A stretch of DNA of 64,000 nt from NCBI RefSeq assembly GCF_002479325.1, contig NZ_DLMO01000101.1, forward strand, positions 2,414 through 66,413. The letters run 5' to 3'. Below are positions 32,770 to 43,622 of the stretch, piece after piece. The translations under genes were made by a program, and so were the position numbers. The notes under the pieces were generated by a model. It saw only the letters and a program-made list of their open reading frames with translations. It was not told the DNA's origin and made no database searches. Position 1 is the first letter of the stretch. Each line of letters starts with the position of its first letter. This DNA comes from Brevundimonas sp. UBA7534 (GTDB taxonomy: Bacteria; Pseudomonadota; Alphaproteobacteria; Caulobacterales; Caulobacteraceae).

Positions 32770-33228
32770 TTACCAGCGACGGTCGTAGCGGTAGTCCCGG
32801 TCGCGGCGATAGTCGCGGCGCGAGTCATAGCGCGAGTTGTAACGGCGGTTGTCGTACCGGTAGTCGTAGCCCGAGCGGCTGCGATCGATGCCGTGCTCGC
32901 GCTCCCAGTGACCCTGGTTCCGATAGCAGCGGCCGCCGCGGTAGTATTCGCAGTCGTTGCCGCGGCTGCCGGAGGCGGCGCCGACCGCCGCACCCGCCAG
33001 GGCGCCGCCGGCGATGTAGGTTCCGTCGCCATTGCCCAGCAGGGCGCCGGCCAGACCGCCCACCGCCGCGCCGATCAGGGCGTTTTGGGCGGTGTCGTCA
33101 CGGTCCCGATCGCGATCATGGCGGTAGGACTGCGCCGAGGCCGGGGCCGCCATCATCGTCAGGGCGACGACCGGGGCGGCCGCCAGAGCCACGGCCTTGG
33201 GGGCGGTGATCTTCAGCATCTTCGTCAT
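32770..33228 (-). CDS. Secreted glycine-zipper protein with an Arg/Asp/Tyr-rich low-complexity tail
   Basis: Signal peptide (ASA|QSY), GAAVGGLAGALLG..AGGALAGAAVG, YDxRR-type repeats. Confidence 0.8.
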   Translation of the reverse strand: MTKMLKITAPKAVALAAAPVVALTMMAAPASAQSYRHDRDRDRDDTAQNALIGAAVGGLAGALLGNGDGTYIAGGALAGAAVGAASGSRGNDCEYYRGGRCYRNQGHWEREHGIDRSRSGYDYRYDNRRYNSRYDSRRDYRRDRDYRYDRRW

Positions 33229-33392
33229 GGTTCGTCTCCTTTGTCTCTGGGCTTCGAAGCGCTTTCCGAAAGGGGAATGCCTGAAGCGTTGGGTCGGTTT
33301 TAGCGTCCCGCCCTTGAACGACCCCGGAGCCGGACGTTCATCTTCAGTTCATACGCCAAGAAAGTTTTCGAGACCGATTTCGGCCCGCGCCG

Positions 33393-33421
33393 CTTGACCC
33401 GGCCGGTCCGCCTGCCTAACT
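33393..33421 (+). promoter_or_regulatory. RpoH (sigma32)-type promoter of groESL
   Basis: CTTG-N18-CCTAACT. Confidence 0.7.
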
Positions 33422-33431
33422 CCCGGCCGCG

Positions 33432-33458
33432 TTAGCACTCTCGCCGGTCGGCTGCCAA
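33432..33458 (+). promoter_or_regulatory. CIRCE element (HrcA operator), right arm degenerate
   Basis: TTAGCACTC-N9-GGCTGCCAA versus consensus TTAGCACTC-N9-GAGTGCTAA. Confidence 0.8.
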
Positions 33459-33528
33459 AACGGCGATCGCGGGAGGGCCGACCGACTGTTCACAATCGCC
33501 CCATCCGGGGGATCAAGGGAGACAACCG

Positions 33529-33816
33529 ATGGCGTTTCGTCCGCTCGGCGACCGCGTGCTGGTCAAGCGCGTTGAAGAAGAATCCAAGACCAAGGGCGGG
33601 ATCATCATCCCCGACACGGCCAAGGAAAAGCCCCAGGAAGGCGAAGTCGTCGCCGTGGGCCCCGGCGCCCGTGACGACTCGGGCAAGGTCAACGCCCTGG
33701 AGTTGAAGGCCGGCGACCGCATCCTGTTCGGCAAGTGGTCGGGCACGGAAGTGAAGATCGACGGCGACGACCTGATCATCATGAAGGAATCCGACGTCCT
33801 GGGCGTGCTGTCCTAA
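33529..33816 (+). CDS. groES: Co-chaperonin GroES
   Basis: [28 protein letters not shown]. Confidence 0.98.
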   Translation: MAFRPLGDRVLVKRVEEESKTKGGIIIPDTAKEKPQEGEVVAVGPGARDDSGKVNALELKAGDRILFGKWSGTEVKIDGDDLIIMKESDVLGVLS

Positions 33817-33858
33817 GCACCCGACGTTCCGGCATTCCTCACTCAAACCTATAGATAG

Positions 33859-35520
<1,662 letters not shown>

Positions 35521-35548
35521 GTCCAAGTCATCCGACGCTGAAATGCGG

Positions 35549-35578
35549 AAGGGCGGGCCAGCGATGGCCCGCCCTTTT
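35549..35578 (+). terminator. Rho-independent terminator after groEL
   Basis: AAGGGCGGGCCA-GCGA-TGGCCCGCCCTT followed by TT. Confidence 0.85.
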
Positions 35579-35627
35579 CGTTTGTGGCGCCGCCAAGTGC
35601 CCACCGTGAAGCGACGAGCGTCCTGTC

Positions 35628-36929
35628 CTACAGGATGAACCGGCTGAGGTCGGCGTTCTTGGCCAGGTCGCCGATCTTTTCGCGCACGGCGGCGCCATCG
35701 AAGGCGATGGTCTGGCCCGACAGGTCGGAGGCCTTGAAACTGGTTTCCTCCAGCACCCGCTCCAGCACGGTCTGAAGACGCCGCGCGCCGATGTTCTCGA
35801 TGGCCGAGTTGGCGGCGACCGCCGCATCGGCCAACGCCTCCACCGCATCGTCGGTGAAGGTCAGGGTCACGTCCTCGGTGGCCAGCAGGGCCTGGTTCTG
35901 GCGGATCAGATTGGCCTCAGGCTCGGTCAGGATGCGCTTGAAGTCTTCGCGTGTCAGGGCCTTCAGCTCGACCCGGATCGGCAGGCGGCCCTGAAGCTCG
36001 GGCAGCAGGTCGCTCGGCTTGGCCACGTGGAAGGCGCCCGAGGCGATGAACAGGACGTGGTCGGTCTTCACCGGCCCGTATTTGGTCGAGACGGTGGTGC
36101 CCTCGATCAGCGGAAGCAGGTCGCGCTGCACCCCCTCGCGCGACACGTCGGCGCCGCGCGCCTCGGAGCGGGCGGCGACCTTGTCGATCTCGTCCAGGAA
36201 GACGATGCCCTCGTTCTCGGCCAGCAGCAGGGCCTCCTTGGTCAGGCTCTCCTGATCCAGCAGCTTGTCGCCTTCCTCGGCGATCAGAGGGGCCGTGGCG
36301 TCGCGCACGGTCAGCTTGACCGTCTTGGTGCGGCCGCCGCCCATCTTGCCCAGCATCTCCGACAGGTTCAGCAGGCCGACGTTGCCCCCGCCCGGCAGGT
36401 CCAGCCCCTGGATCGGCGAGGCGGTGTCGGCCAGGGCGACCTCGATCTCCTTGTCGTCCAACTCGCCGGCGCGCAGCTTCTTCCTGAAGCTGTCGCGCGT
36501 GGACGGGCCGGCGCCCGGCCCGACCAGGGCGTCCAGGATGCGGTCCTCGGCGGCGCCCTCGGCCCGCGCGCGCACCTCGCCGCGCCTGCGGTCGCGCACC
36601 ATCACCAGGGCGCTTTCGACCAGGTCGCGCATGATCTGGTCGACGTCGCGGCCGACATAGCCGACCTCGGTGAACTTGGTCGCCTCGACCTTCAGGAAGG
36701 GCGATCCCGCCAGCCTGGCCAGCCGCCGCGCGATCTCGGTCTTGCCGACCCCCGTGGGCCCGATCATCAGGATGTTCTTGGGGGTCACCTCGTCGCGCAG
36801 GTCCTCCGGCACCCGCTTCCGGCGCCAGCGGTTCCTAAGCGCCACGGCCACGGCGCGCTTGGCGTCCTGCTGGCCGACGATGAAGCGGTCGAGTTCGGAG
36901 ACGATTTCGCGGGGAGACAGATCGGTCAT
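35628..36929 (-). CDS. hslU: ATP-dependent protease ATPase subunit HslU
   Basis: [50 protein letters not shown]. Confidence 0.97.
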   Translation of the reverse strand: MTDLSPREIVSELDRFIVGQQDAKRAVAVALRNRWRRKRVPEDLRDEVTPKNILMIGPTGVGKTEIARRLARLAGSPFLKVEATKFTEVGYVGRDVDQIMRDLVESALVMVRDRRRGEVRARAEGAAEDRILDALVGPGAGPSTRDSFRKKLRAGELDDKEIEVALADTASPIQGLDLPGGGNVGLLNLSEMLGKMGGGRTKTVKLTVRDATAPLIAEEGDKLLDQESLTKEALLLAENEGIVFLDEIDKVAARSEARGADVSREGVQRDLLPLIEGTTVSTKYGPVKTDHVLFIASGAFHVAKPSDLLPELQGRLPIRVELKALTREDFKRILTEPEANLIRQNQALLATEDVTLTFTDDAVEALADAAVAANSAIENIGARRLQTVLERVLEETSFKASDLSGQTIAFDGAAVREKIGDLAKNADLSRFIL

Positions 36930-37052
36930 GCCGCTGAGATAGGGCGTCCCGAAGCCGAGCGGGAGAGGGGGCGCGCGGACATGGCGTCGCGCAGCAAAAA
37001 GGCGTTCCCCGAGCGGAGAACGCCTCAATGCGGTGCGGCTGTGGTCGCCCGA

Positions 37053-37613
37053 TCAGGCGGCGTTGGCGGCCTTGTTCTTGGCCAGCTTGTCCTGGTGGGC
37101 CTGCATGCCCTTGGCGATCAGGTCGGCGGCCTCGCCGGCGTCGCCCCAGCCGTTGACCTTGACCGACTTGCCCTTCTCCAGGTCCTTGTAGCGCGTGAAG
37201 AAGTGCTCGATCTGCTCGATCAGGATGGCGGGAAGCTGACGATAGCTGGCGATCTCGGTGTAGTAGGGGTTCAGCTTGTCGACCGGCACGGCCAGGATCT
37301 TCTCGTCGCCGCCGGCCTCGTCCACCATCTTCAGCACGCCGATGGGGCGCGAGCGGATGACGCAGCCGGGCACCACCGGGGTCGGGTTCAGCACGATCAC
37401 GTCGCAGGGGTCGCCGTCGTCCGACAGGGTGTGCGGCACGAAGCCGTAGTTGCCCGGATAGTACATGGCCGTGTGCAGGAAGCGGTCGACGAACAGGGCG
37501 CCGGACGCCTTGTCCATCTCGTACTTCACCGGCAGGCCGCCCTGCGGGATTTCGACGATGACGTTGATGTCCCAAGGCGCGTTGGGGCCGACGGGGATGG
37601 CGTCCAGGTTCAT
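37053..37613 (-). CDS. ppa: Inorganic pyrophosphatase
   Basis: KYEMDK, YPGNYGF, DGDPCD, DEAGGDEK, HFFTRYKDLE. Confidence 0.96.
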   Translation of the reverse strand: MNLDAIPVGPNAPWDINVIVEIPQGGLPVKYEMDKASGALFVDRFLHTAMYYPGNYGFVPHTLSDDGDPCDVIVLNPTPVVPGCVIRSRPIGVLKMVDEAGGDEKILAVPVDKLNPYYTEIASYRQLPAILIEQIEHFFTRYKDLEKGKSVKVNGWGDAGEAADLIAKGMQAHQDKLAKNKAANAA

Positions 37614-37755
37614 GGCGTCTGTTCTTGTTGCGATGCAGAAATCGAAAGGCGAAGGGTGATAGGCCCCTGACGGCCCCACGGCAAGCGCGACCTCAGTCCA
37701 GCGCGCGCCGGCGCAGGGTCTTGTCGTCGGGGATGGCGGGCGTCAGGGTGCGGCC

Positions 37756-38439
37756 ATGACATGGTTCGACTGGGGCGCCCTGGCCCTCTTCTTCATCTGC
37801 TGGCTGGGCTATGCGCCCCTGCTGAAGGCGATCAGCCGGCGTGGCGGCTCGCTCAACGCCGACATGGTCCATGTGCGGGCGGTGTGGATGGAGTCGATGA
37901 CCCACCGCGAGTTGAAGCTGGTCGACAGCCAGCTGATGGGCCATTCGATCAACTCGGCTTCCTTTTTCGCCTCCACCAATCTGCTGCTGATCGCGGCGGT
38001 GGCCGGCATATTGTTCGGGGGAGAGAGCGCGCTGCGCGGCTTCGCCGCCGTGGGCGCCGAGAACGTGCCGCTGAAGATGCTGGAGGCCAAGCTGGCCCTG
38101 GTGCTGATCTGCCTGACGCGCGGATTCCTCGACTTCATCTGGGCCCTGCGCCAGATGAACTACGCCCTGGCCCTGATCGGCGCCGCGCCCGAGGTGCACC
38201 ACAAGACCGACCGCAAGGCTTTCGCCGAGGCGGCCGGTCAGTTGCTGAATCCGGCGCTGGGTTCGTTCAGCCAGGGGGTGCGCGGCTACTATTTCGCCCT
38301 GGCCGCGGCGGCGTGGCTGTTCGGTCCGGCGTGGCTGGCGCTGGGCGTGGTGTCCTCCTTCGGCCTTCTGATCTATCGGCAGGAGGCGTCCCCCGCGGCT
38401 CGCGCGATCCGCAATGCGCGGCGATTGCTGGGCGAGTGA
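37756..38439 (+). CDS. DUF599 family membrane protein
   Basis: FFAST, FIWALRQMNY, FSQGVRGYYF. Confidence 0.85.
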   Translation: MTWFDWGALALFFICWLGYAPLLKAISRRGGSLNADMVHVRAVWMESMTHRELKLVDSQLMGHSINSASFFASTNLLLIAAVAGILFGGESALRGFAAVGAENVPLKMLEAKLALVLICLTRGFLDFIWALRQMNYALALIGAAPEVHHKTDRKAFAEAAGQLLNPALGSFSQGVRGYYFALAAAAWLFGPAWLALGVVSSFGLLIYRQEASPAARAIRNARRLLGE

Positions 38440-38561
38440 TCGGCGATCATTTTGCAGGTGCGAGGAGGGCCGCGGTCGAATTTCGTCAATTTCCGGGCCT
38501 GATATCGTTCCCAATGACGCAATTTCGTTACACGGCGTGACCTCGCCAACGCATATCGCCC

Positions 38562-38590
38562 TTGACCCATTGTGCATCGCAACCTAGATT
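38562..38590 (+). promoter_or_regulatory. sigma70-type promoter of the sRNA with an embedded TTGTGCA motif
   Basis: TTGACC-N17-TAGATT; TTGTGCA at 38570-38576. Confidence 0.7.
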
Positions 38591-38596
38591 GCCTGT

Positions 38597-38680
38597 CGAC
38601 GCCTCCGGGCGTCTTGCCCTTCCTGGGCGTTTCCTCCCTATAGACTTTTCATGCCGCGCCCTCGGGCGCGGCTTTTTTTT
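38597..38680 (+). ncRNA. suhB/alpha-r8 (MmgR-like) small regulatory RNA; 5' end approximate
   Basis: Decamer TTTCCTCCCT (38630-38639) followed by ATAGACTT, a GC-rich terminator (38653-38672) plus T8, its own promoter, and adjacency to an N-formylglutamate amidohydrolase gene. Confidence 0.85.
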
Positions 38681-38706
38681 ATCCGCGATCAACGGCGGGA
38701 CGGGCC

Positions 38707-39531
38707 TCACTCGGCCCAAGTCTCGGCGCAGAGGGCGGCGACGACACGGCCCACGGCCCGCCGGGTTCGGTCCCAGCCGGCGCCGGGCGTCAGGGTCGCC
38801 TCGTCCAGATAGAGCCGCCGGTTGATCTCGACCTGGATCGCTTCAAGCCCCTCTTCAGGGCGCCCCCAAAGCTGGGTCGACCATCCGCCAGCGTACGGAT
38901 GGTTCAGCGCCACCCGCCAGCCCAGCCCCTCGAACAGCGCCCGCAGCCGGCGGGTCAGCCGCGTCGCGCAGGCCGATCCGTGCCGGTCGCCCAGCACTAT
39001 CTCCACGTCGGCCGCGCGTGCGGGCATGGAGTGCCAGTCGATCAGCACCGCCCGCCCATGCTTCGCCCGCGTCTCGTGCATCAGTTCGCCCAGGGCCCGG
39101 TGATAGGGGGCGTGAACGCCCGCGATCCGGGCCTGAACCTCGGCCAGTGTGAGGCGGCGGTCGTAAAGGGGCGTGCCGTCCCCCGCCAGGCGCGGCGCCA
39201 CGCCGTAACCCGCCGCCGCCTTCGGTCCGCCCGGCGTCGGCGCGCCGTCCACCAGGGCCGGGTCCAGGTCGTCAGGGTCTCGGTTCAGATCCAGATAGGC
39301 GCGGCCGATCCGGCCTTCGATCAAGGGCGCGCCCTGCTTCGGCCCGTCTTGGACCAGGCGCGCGACCAGGGCGTCCTCGGCGCTCCTCAGGCTTTGCGGC
39401 GACAGGGCGGGGGCCGCGGCCATGTCTGTGGGATAGCGGTCGCCGGAATGGGGGGAGGCGAAGACCAGCGGGGTGCGCGGCGCCGAGGCCGGGGGCCGGG
39501 TGATCAGAAAGGGCGCGTCGCCGCCGGTCAT
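38707..39531 (-). CDS. N-formylglutamate amidohydrolase
   Basis: FASPHSG, DLNR, PYH, IDWHSMP, NHPYAGG, QVEINRRLY. Confidence 0.9.
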   Translation of the reverse strand: MTGGDAPFLITRPPASAPRTPLVFASPHSGDRYPTDMAAAPALSPQSLRSAEDALVARLVQDGPKQGAPLIEGRIGRAYLDLNRDPDDLDPALVDGAPTPGGPKAAAGYGVAPRLAGDGTPLYDRRLTLAEVQARIAGVHAPYHRALGELMHETRAKHGRAVLIDWHSMPARAADVEIVLGDRHGSACATRLTRRLRALFEGLGWRVALNHPYAGGWSTQLWGRPEEGLEAIQVEINRRLYLDEATLTPGAGWDRTRRAVGRVVAALCAETWAE

Positions 39532-39583
39532 GTCTCCGCCATAACCCGTTTCGCTGTGGACGGAAGCGGGCGGAACCATGAAT

Positions 39584-39617
39584 TTCATCGGCGGTTTACC
39601 GTTGGCCGCCTAGATTC
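39584..39617 (+). promoter_or_regulatory. Probable CtrA-dependent cpdR promoter
   Basis: TTCA-N7-TTTAC followed by CCTAGATTC, which contains a GANTC site. Confidence 0.45.
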
Positions 39618-39645
39618 GCCTCAGTTTCACAGGGCTTATCTCCGC

Positions 39646-40002
39646 ATGGCGCGCATCCTTCTGGCCGAAGACGACAGTTCCCTGCGGGGCTTCCTGACCC
39701 GGGCGCTGGAGCGGGCGGGCCACCAGGTCATCGACTGCGAGAACGGCGACGACGCCATCGACGCCCTGGAGCACGGCCCCTATGATCTGCTGCTGACCGA
39801 CATCGTCATGCCCGGCGCCGACGGCATCGAGGTGGCGCGCGTGGCCGCCGCCCGCCAACCAGGCCTGCGCATCATGTTCATCACCGGGTTCGCCGCCGTG
39901 GCCCTGACCGCCGCCCAGGCCTCGCCCCAGGCCAAGGTCCTGTCCAAGCCGGTTCACCTGCGCGACCTGGTCAACGAGGTCGAACGGATGGTCGCCGCCT
40001 GA
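39646..40002 (+). CDS. cpdR: Single-domain response regulator CpdR
   Basis: MARILLAEDDSSLRGFL, LLTDIVMP, FITGFAAV, VLSKPVHLRDLV. Confidence 0.93.
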   Translation: MARILLAEDDSSLRGFLTRALERAGHQVIDCENGDDAIDALEHGPYDLLLTDIVMPGADGIEVARVAAARQPGLRIMFITGFAAVALTAAQASPQAKVLSKPVHLRDLVNEVERMVAA

Positions 40003-40129
40003 CACGCAGAAGCCCGCACGGGCTTCGAAGACAATCGCGCGGCGGACGTCAGATGGGGCTTGAAGCCGCCCCGGTCCGCCGCTATACGACCGCCCTTCCC
40101 GTCCGGGCGATCGCCCGGGCCGCACCGGC

Positions 40130-40204
<75 letters not shown>

Positions 40205-40408
40205 TTTTTCCTAATGAAAAGTCGGGCTTGAGACGTAAACCGTTTCGGGCGAGCCGAGCGCCAAGCCAGCCGGGATGGCGCGGGACTTTTCAGTGCGCAC
40301 ACGTCGCCGCTCGGCCAGCGTCGGCGGCGTAGATGTCTTCGAACCATAAGTCGTTTCATGCGGCGACTGTCTGGGGGCGTCTGGCGCGCTCGACGTCGAA
40401 GGCGGCTT

Positions 40409-42274
40409 TTAATCGTCGAAAACGATTGTCCATCCTCCGGACCAGGCTTGGCCCGATGCAGACGCATGGCATCGAACCAAACTGGTGAATGGCCCCACCG
40501 GCGTCTCGTAATCCGCCTCGTCTTGGGGGCGCGCCGCGGCGCAGGTCATTCCGGCGGCTTCGAAAGCGCGGACTTCACCGGCCTTGAACGCCAGGCCCTC
40601 GGCGGTCGATTCGGGGGCGCGAGAGAAGTTGGCGAACTTTAGGTCGACCGCCTCGATCGTCGCGCCGGGGCGGGCCACGATCTCGTCCCGTCTCGTCAGC
40701 CGGCCAGGCTCCAGGGTGTAGGTCGTGCGAGCGGAGACGCGATCGTCCCGGACAGGCGCGTTCTGGCCCATCCGGTCCATGGCGGGCGAAACGTAGCTTA
40801 TGCGGGTGACGTCGCCGTCTTCCTGAACGTCGACGTCCGTGAACCAGGCGAGCGGTTGAAGCACCGAACCATCGGTCAGGGTGATGCGGGGAAGCAATTG
40901 CGGGTAGGTCTCGTCCGGCGAACCGGCCAGGACGCCTGGCGAGAAGGGGATGGGAAAATAGGGGGTGTTCATGTGCTGACCGGCCGCGCCGTTGATCAGC
41001 GGCAGTCCGATCACGCGATCGCCGTCGCGATAGGTGACCAACACGCGATCGGCTTCGCCTCGCGCAAACCAGGTGGTGGATGAGCGCGGCAGCGTCTTCA
41101 GCCATGCCTCAAAACCGGGCTCAGGCGTCTGGTCGCGAAAGCCGAGGCGATTCCACAAGGCGTTGGTGTAATAGAACTGGTGGGACAGGCTGAGGTTTTC
41201 CCCCAGGATGCGGTGCTTGCCGCGGTAGGCGTCGGTCTTGCGGCCGTGGTCCCAGAGATTGACCGAACCGGTTCCGGAATCCAGCCAGAAGTCGGCGTAG
41301 CGCGCGGCGATGCGCGAAGAGAAGGCGTAGGCCATGCGCGCCTCGTCGTCGGTCAGCAGGCCCAGAGCGGCGGCTGCGGTCAGAACTTCGAGGAAGGCGG
41401 TCTCGCCATAGGTTCCGATGCTGCGGCCGTATTCGAAGCCTTCGCCGCGCAGGTTGAAGCGAGGCAGCAGCAGGTCGACCGAGCGCCGCAGCCAGTCGCG
41501 CACTTCCTGGGGCGGCTCCACGCCGGTCTCGATGAAGCGCTGGGCGATCTCGCCGATCAGCAGCACGCTGTAGCGGTCGAAGCGTCCCTCGCCCGCGGTC
41601 TCGTCGGCGAAGCCGTATTCGCCGGAGTATTCGCGGAAGTGATCCAGGGTCTTGGCTAACAAGGCTTCGCTGGCGGAGGCGTCCTCCCACCCCATCAGAT
41701 AGCGAAGCCGGGCGATGCTGAAGGCGACGCCGTAATAGTTGTTGGGCAGATCGATCAGAGTGAGGCTGTCGGGGCGCACGAAGGTGCGCCAGTCCAGCTT
41801 CTCGCGGAGCCGAGCCAGGGTCTCCGGCGAGACCGCTTCCTGCAGCACGCCGGCCTCGTCAAGCTGATGAAGGGCGGAGATGTAATAGTATACGCCCCAG
41901 GTTTCGTTCTCGTCCTCCAGGGTCAGGTCGGACAGCTTGCGAAAGCCGGCCAGGAAACGCGTCCGGCGCGGATCGCCCTCTGGCGCGTCCAGGGCGGCGT
42001 GCGCCAGGCCGATGGCGATCTTGCCCGGCAGGAACTTGTCCTTGGCCTCGAACACCTTGACGCCGTCCAGCGTCATATCCCGGCCCTCGGTGATCAACCG
42101 GACCAGCAACTGGTCCATCTGCGGTCCCACGCGGGTCTCGATGACGGCGTTCATGGCGGGGGCGTCGCGATAAAGGACGCCGCGTTCGACCTGGGCCAAG
42201 ACCGTCGACGGCGCCGCAACGGCGAACGTCAGCCCCAGACCCAGGGCGCAGCCCTTCAGAGGCGTGCTTGGCAT
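40409..42274 (-). CDS. Uncharacterised secreted 621-aa protein, remotely DUF2264/GH154-like
   Basis: Sec signal (VLA|QVE). Helical N-domain with NNYYGVAF, YGFADE..GRFDRYS and YGRSIGTY; beta-rich C-domain. The CDS is confident, the function is inferred. Confidence 0.75.
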   Translation of the reverse strand: MPSTPLKGCALGLGLTFAVAAPSTVLAQVERGVLYRDAPAMNAVIETRVGPQMDQLLVRLITEGRDMTLDGVKVFEAKDKFLPGKIAIGLAHAALDAPEGDPRRTRFLAGFRKLSDLTLEDENETWGVYYYISALHQLDEAGVLQEAVSPETLARLREKLDWRTFVRPDSLTLIDLPNNYYGVAFSIARLRYLMGWEDASASEALLAKTLDHFREYSGEYGFADETAGEGRFDRYSVLLIGEIAQRFIETGVEPPQEVRDWLRRSVDLLLPRFNLRGEGFEYGRSIGTYGETAFLEVLTAAAALGLLTDDEARMAYAFSSRIAARYADFWLDSGTGSVNLWDHGRKTDAYRGKHRILGENLSLSHQFYYTNALWNRLGFRDQTPEPGFEAWLKTLPRSSTTWFARGEADRVLVTYRDGDRVIGLPLINGAAGQHMNTPYFPIPFSPGVLAGSPDETYPQLLPRITLTDGSVLQPLAWFTDVDVQEDGDVTRISYVSPAMDRMGQNAPVRDDRVSARTTYTLEPGRLTRRDEIVARPGATIEAVDLKFANFSRAPESTAEGLAFKAGEVRAFEAAGMTCAAARPQDEADYETPVGPFTSLVRCHASASGQAWSGGWTIVFDD

Positions 42275-42294
42275 TCGGTGTCCCTTGGAAAGGA

Positions 42295-42319
42295 GGGACG
42301 GCCGATACGCGGCCGTCCC
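42295..42319 (-). terminator. Hairpin between the GH105 gene and the 621-aa gene
   Basis: GGGACGGCCG-N5-CGGCCGTCCC, followed on the minus strand by TCCTTTCC. Confidence 0.55.
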
Positions 42320-42382
42320 GAGATACGCGCTGACCTGGGAGGACAGCGAGAAAACCCTATCAGGTCAGGCCGCGCATTCAAC

Positions 42383-42393
42383 TGGTCTTACCA
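42383..42393. promoter_or_regulatory. Putative GntR/FadR operator upstream of the 621-aa gene
   Basis: TGGTCTTACCA, matching TGGTCAGACCA at 43624-43634. Confidence 0.5.
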
Positions 42394-43572
42394 ATTAGAT
42401 CGCCGAGACACCTGGGACGCCGCGAGGAGATAGGCGCCGACACCGTAGAGTTGGGTGTCGTCGGCCTCCACCTGATCTGGCGCATATCCCACCTGCTGCA
42501 CCCAGCCGAGCTTTCCGTCCGGGCCGACGGCTGATTCAAGCGCCGTCCAGCCCCGCGCCACGGGCGGCGCGTAGTGCGCCTCCTCCAGAAAACCGCTGTT
42601 GACGCCCCACGCCAGTCCGAAGACGAAGAAGCCCGTGCCGCTCGTCTCCGACGGACCGGAGGGATCCAGCAGGGACACCGGCCAATAGCCGTCCGCCCGC
42701 TGCAACCGAACAATGGCGGCGGACATCTGGCGATAGAGATCGACATATTTCGCGCGGCGCGGATCCGAGGCCGCCAGGGAATCGATCACCTTGGCGATGC
42801 CGGCGTAGGTCCAGCCGTTGCCTCGGCTCCAGAATATCTTGCGGCCCGCGCCGTCGCGCTGATCCAGAAAGCGGCTATCGCGGAAGTAGAGGTTTTCCGC
42901 AGGGTCGTAGAGGACATCGGTAGCCGCCCAGAATTCACGGTCCGCATGCGCGGCGTAGCGCGGGTCGCCCGTCAGACGCGACAGCTCGAACCAGACGGGC
43001 GGCGCCATGAACAGGGCGTCGCTCCAGCACCAGCGCGCCTGGCACGCCTGCTCGCCGGGCCGATCCTCGAACAGCAGGGAGACGTCGGACGGAGCGGCCA
43101 GCACGGCGTCGAACCGTGCGCGCGTCGGCGCCAGGCGCAGATGTCGCTCCTCGCCATGCGCCCTTGCGGCGGCCCAGACCCAGGCCTGGCCGATGGCGTC
43201 GTCGTCGGCGTGGCGCGGGCGGTCGCCGTACCCCCAGCCGTTCTGGCGGCCGTGCTCGATCACGGCCTCCGCGTACCGCGGCGTTTCGGCCACGTCGGCG
43301 AAGGCGGTCAGGCCGGCGTAGAAGGCCGCCTGGATCCAGTCGGTGGGATCGGCGGTCTGCTGCCGGAAGGTTCGCACGTAGGCGAAACTGTCCATCCGGG
43401 CCAGTTGCCAGTCGGCCACGCGCGACGCTTGGCGCACCACCGCATCATCGACGGGCCGCTTCGACGCCAGGACGGGCGCGGGGGGCGGAACGGGGACGGT
43501 CGCGCAGCCGCCCACCGCCGCGAAAGCGGTCGCCGCCACCAGTCCGGCGGCGATTTTCGTCCAGATCGTCAC
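42388..43572 (-). CDS. GH105/GH88 unsaturated uronyl hydrolase (lipoprotein)
   Basis: Lipobox VGGC, HADD, WWSDALFMAPP, FWSRGNGW, ETSGTGFF, YGVGAYLLA. Confidence 0.88.
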   Translation of the reverse strand: MTIWTKIAAGLVAATAFAAVGGCATVPVPPPAPVLASKRPVDDAVVRQASRVADWQLARMDSFAYVRTFRQQTADPTDWIQAAFYAGLTAFADVAETPRYAEAVIEHGRQNGWGYGDRPRHADDDAIGQAWVWAAARAHGEERHLRLAPTRARFDAVLAAPSDVSLLFEDRPGEQACQARWCWSDALFMAPPVWFELSRLTGDPRYAAHADREFWAATDVLYDPAENLYFRDSRFLDQRDGAGRKIFWSRGNGWTYAGIAKVIDSLAASDPRRAKYVDLYRQMSAAIVRLQRADGYWPVSLLDPSGPSETSGTGFFVFGLAWGVNSGFLEEAHYAPPVARGWTALESAVGPDGKLGWVQQVGYAPDQVEADDTQLYGVGAYLLAASQVSRRSNW

Positions 43573-43622
43573 GGTAACCTCCCAGGTTGTGACCTGGCCA
43601 CCCTATGGCGGCATCGATTTAT

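Noticed and set aside
32770..32900. Short repeats considered as a possible CRISPR or tandem array
   Set aside because: They are coding low-complexity R/D/Y repeats with no constant repeat-spacer structure. No cas genes were seen anywhere in the window.
40205..40408. Small ORFs (40060-40332, 40183-40467) or an integrase remnant after the tRNA
   Set aside because: They overlap the tRNA and have no recognisable motifs or RBS.
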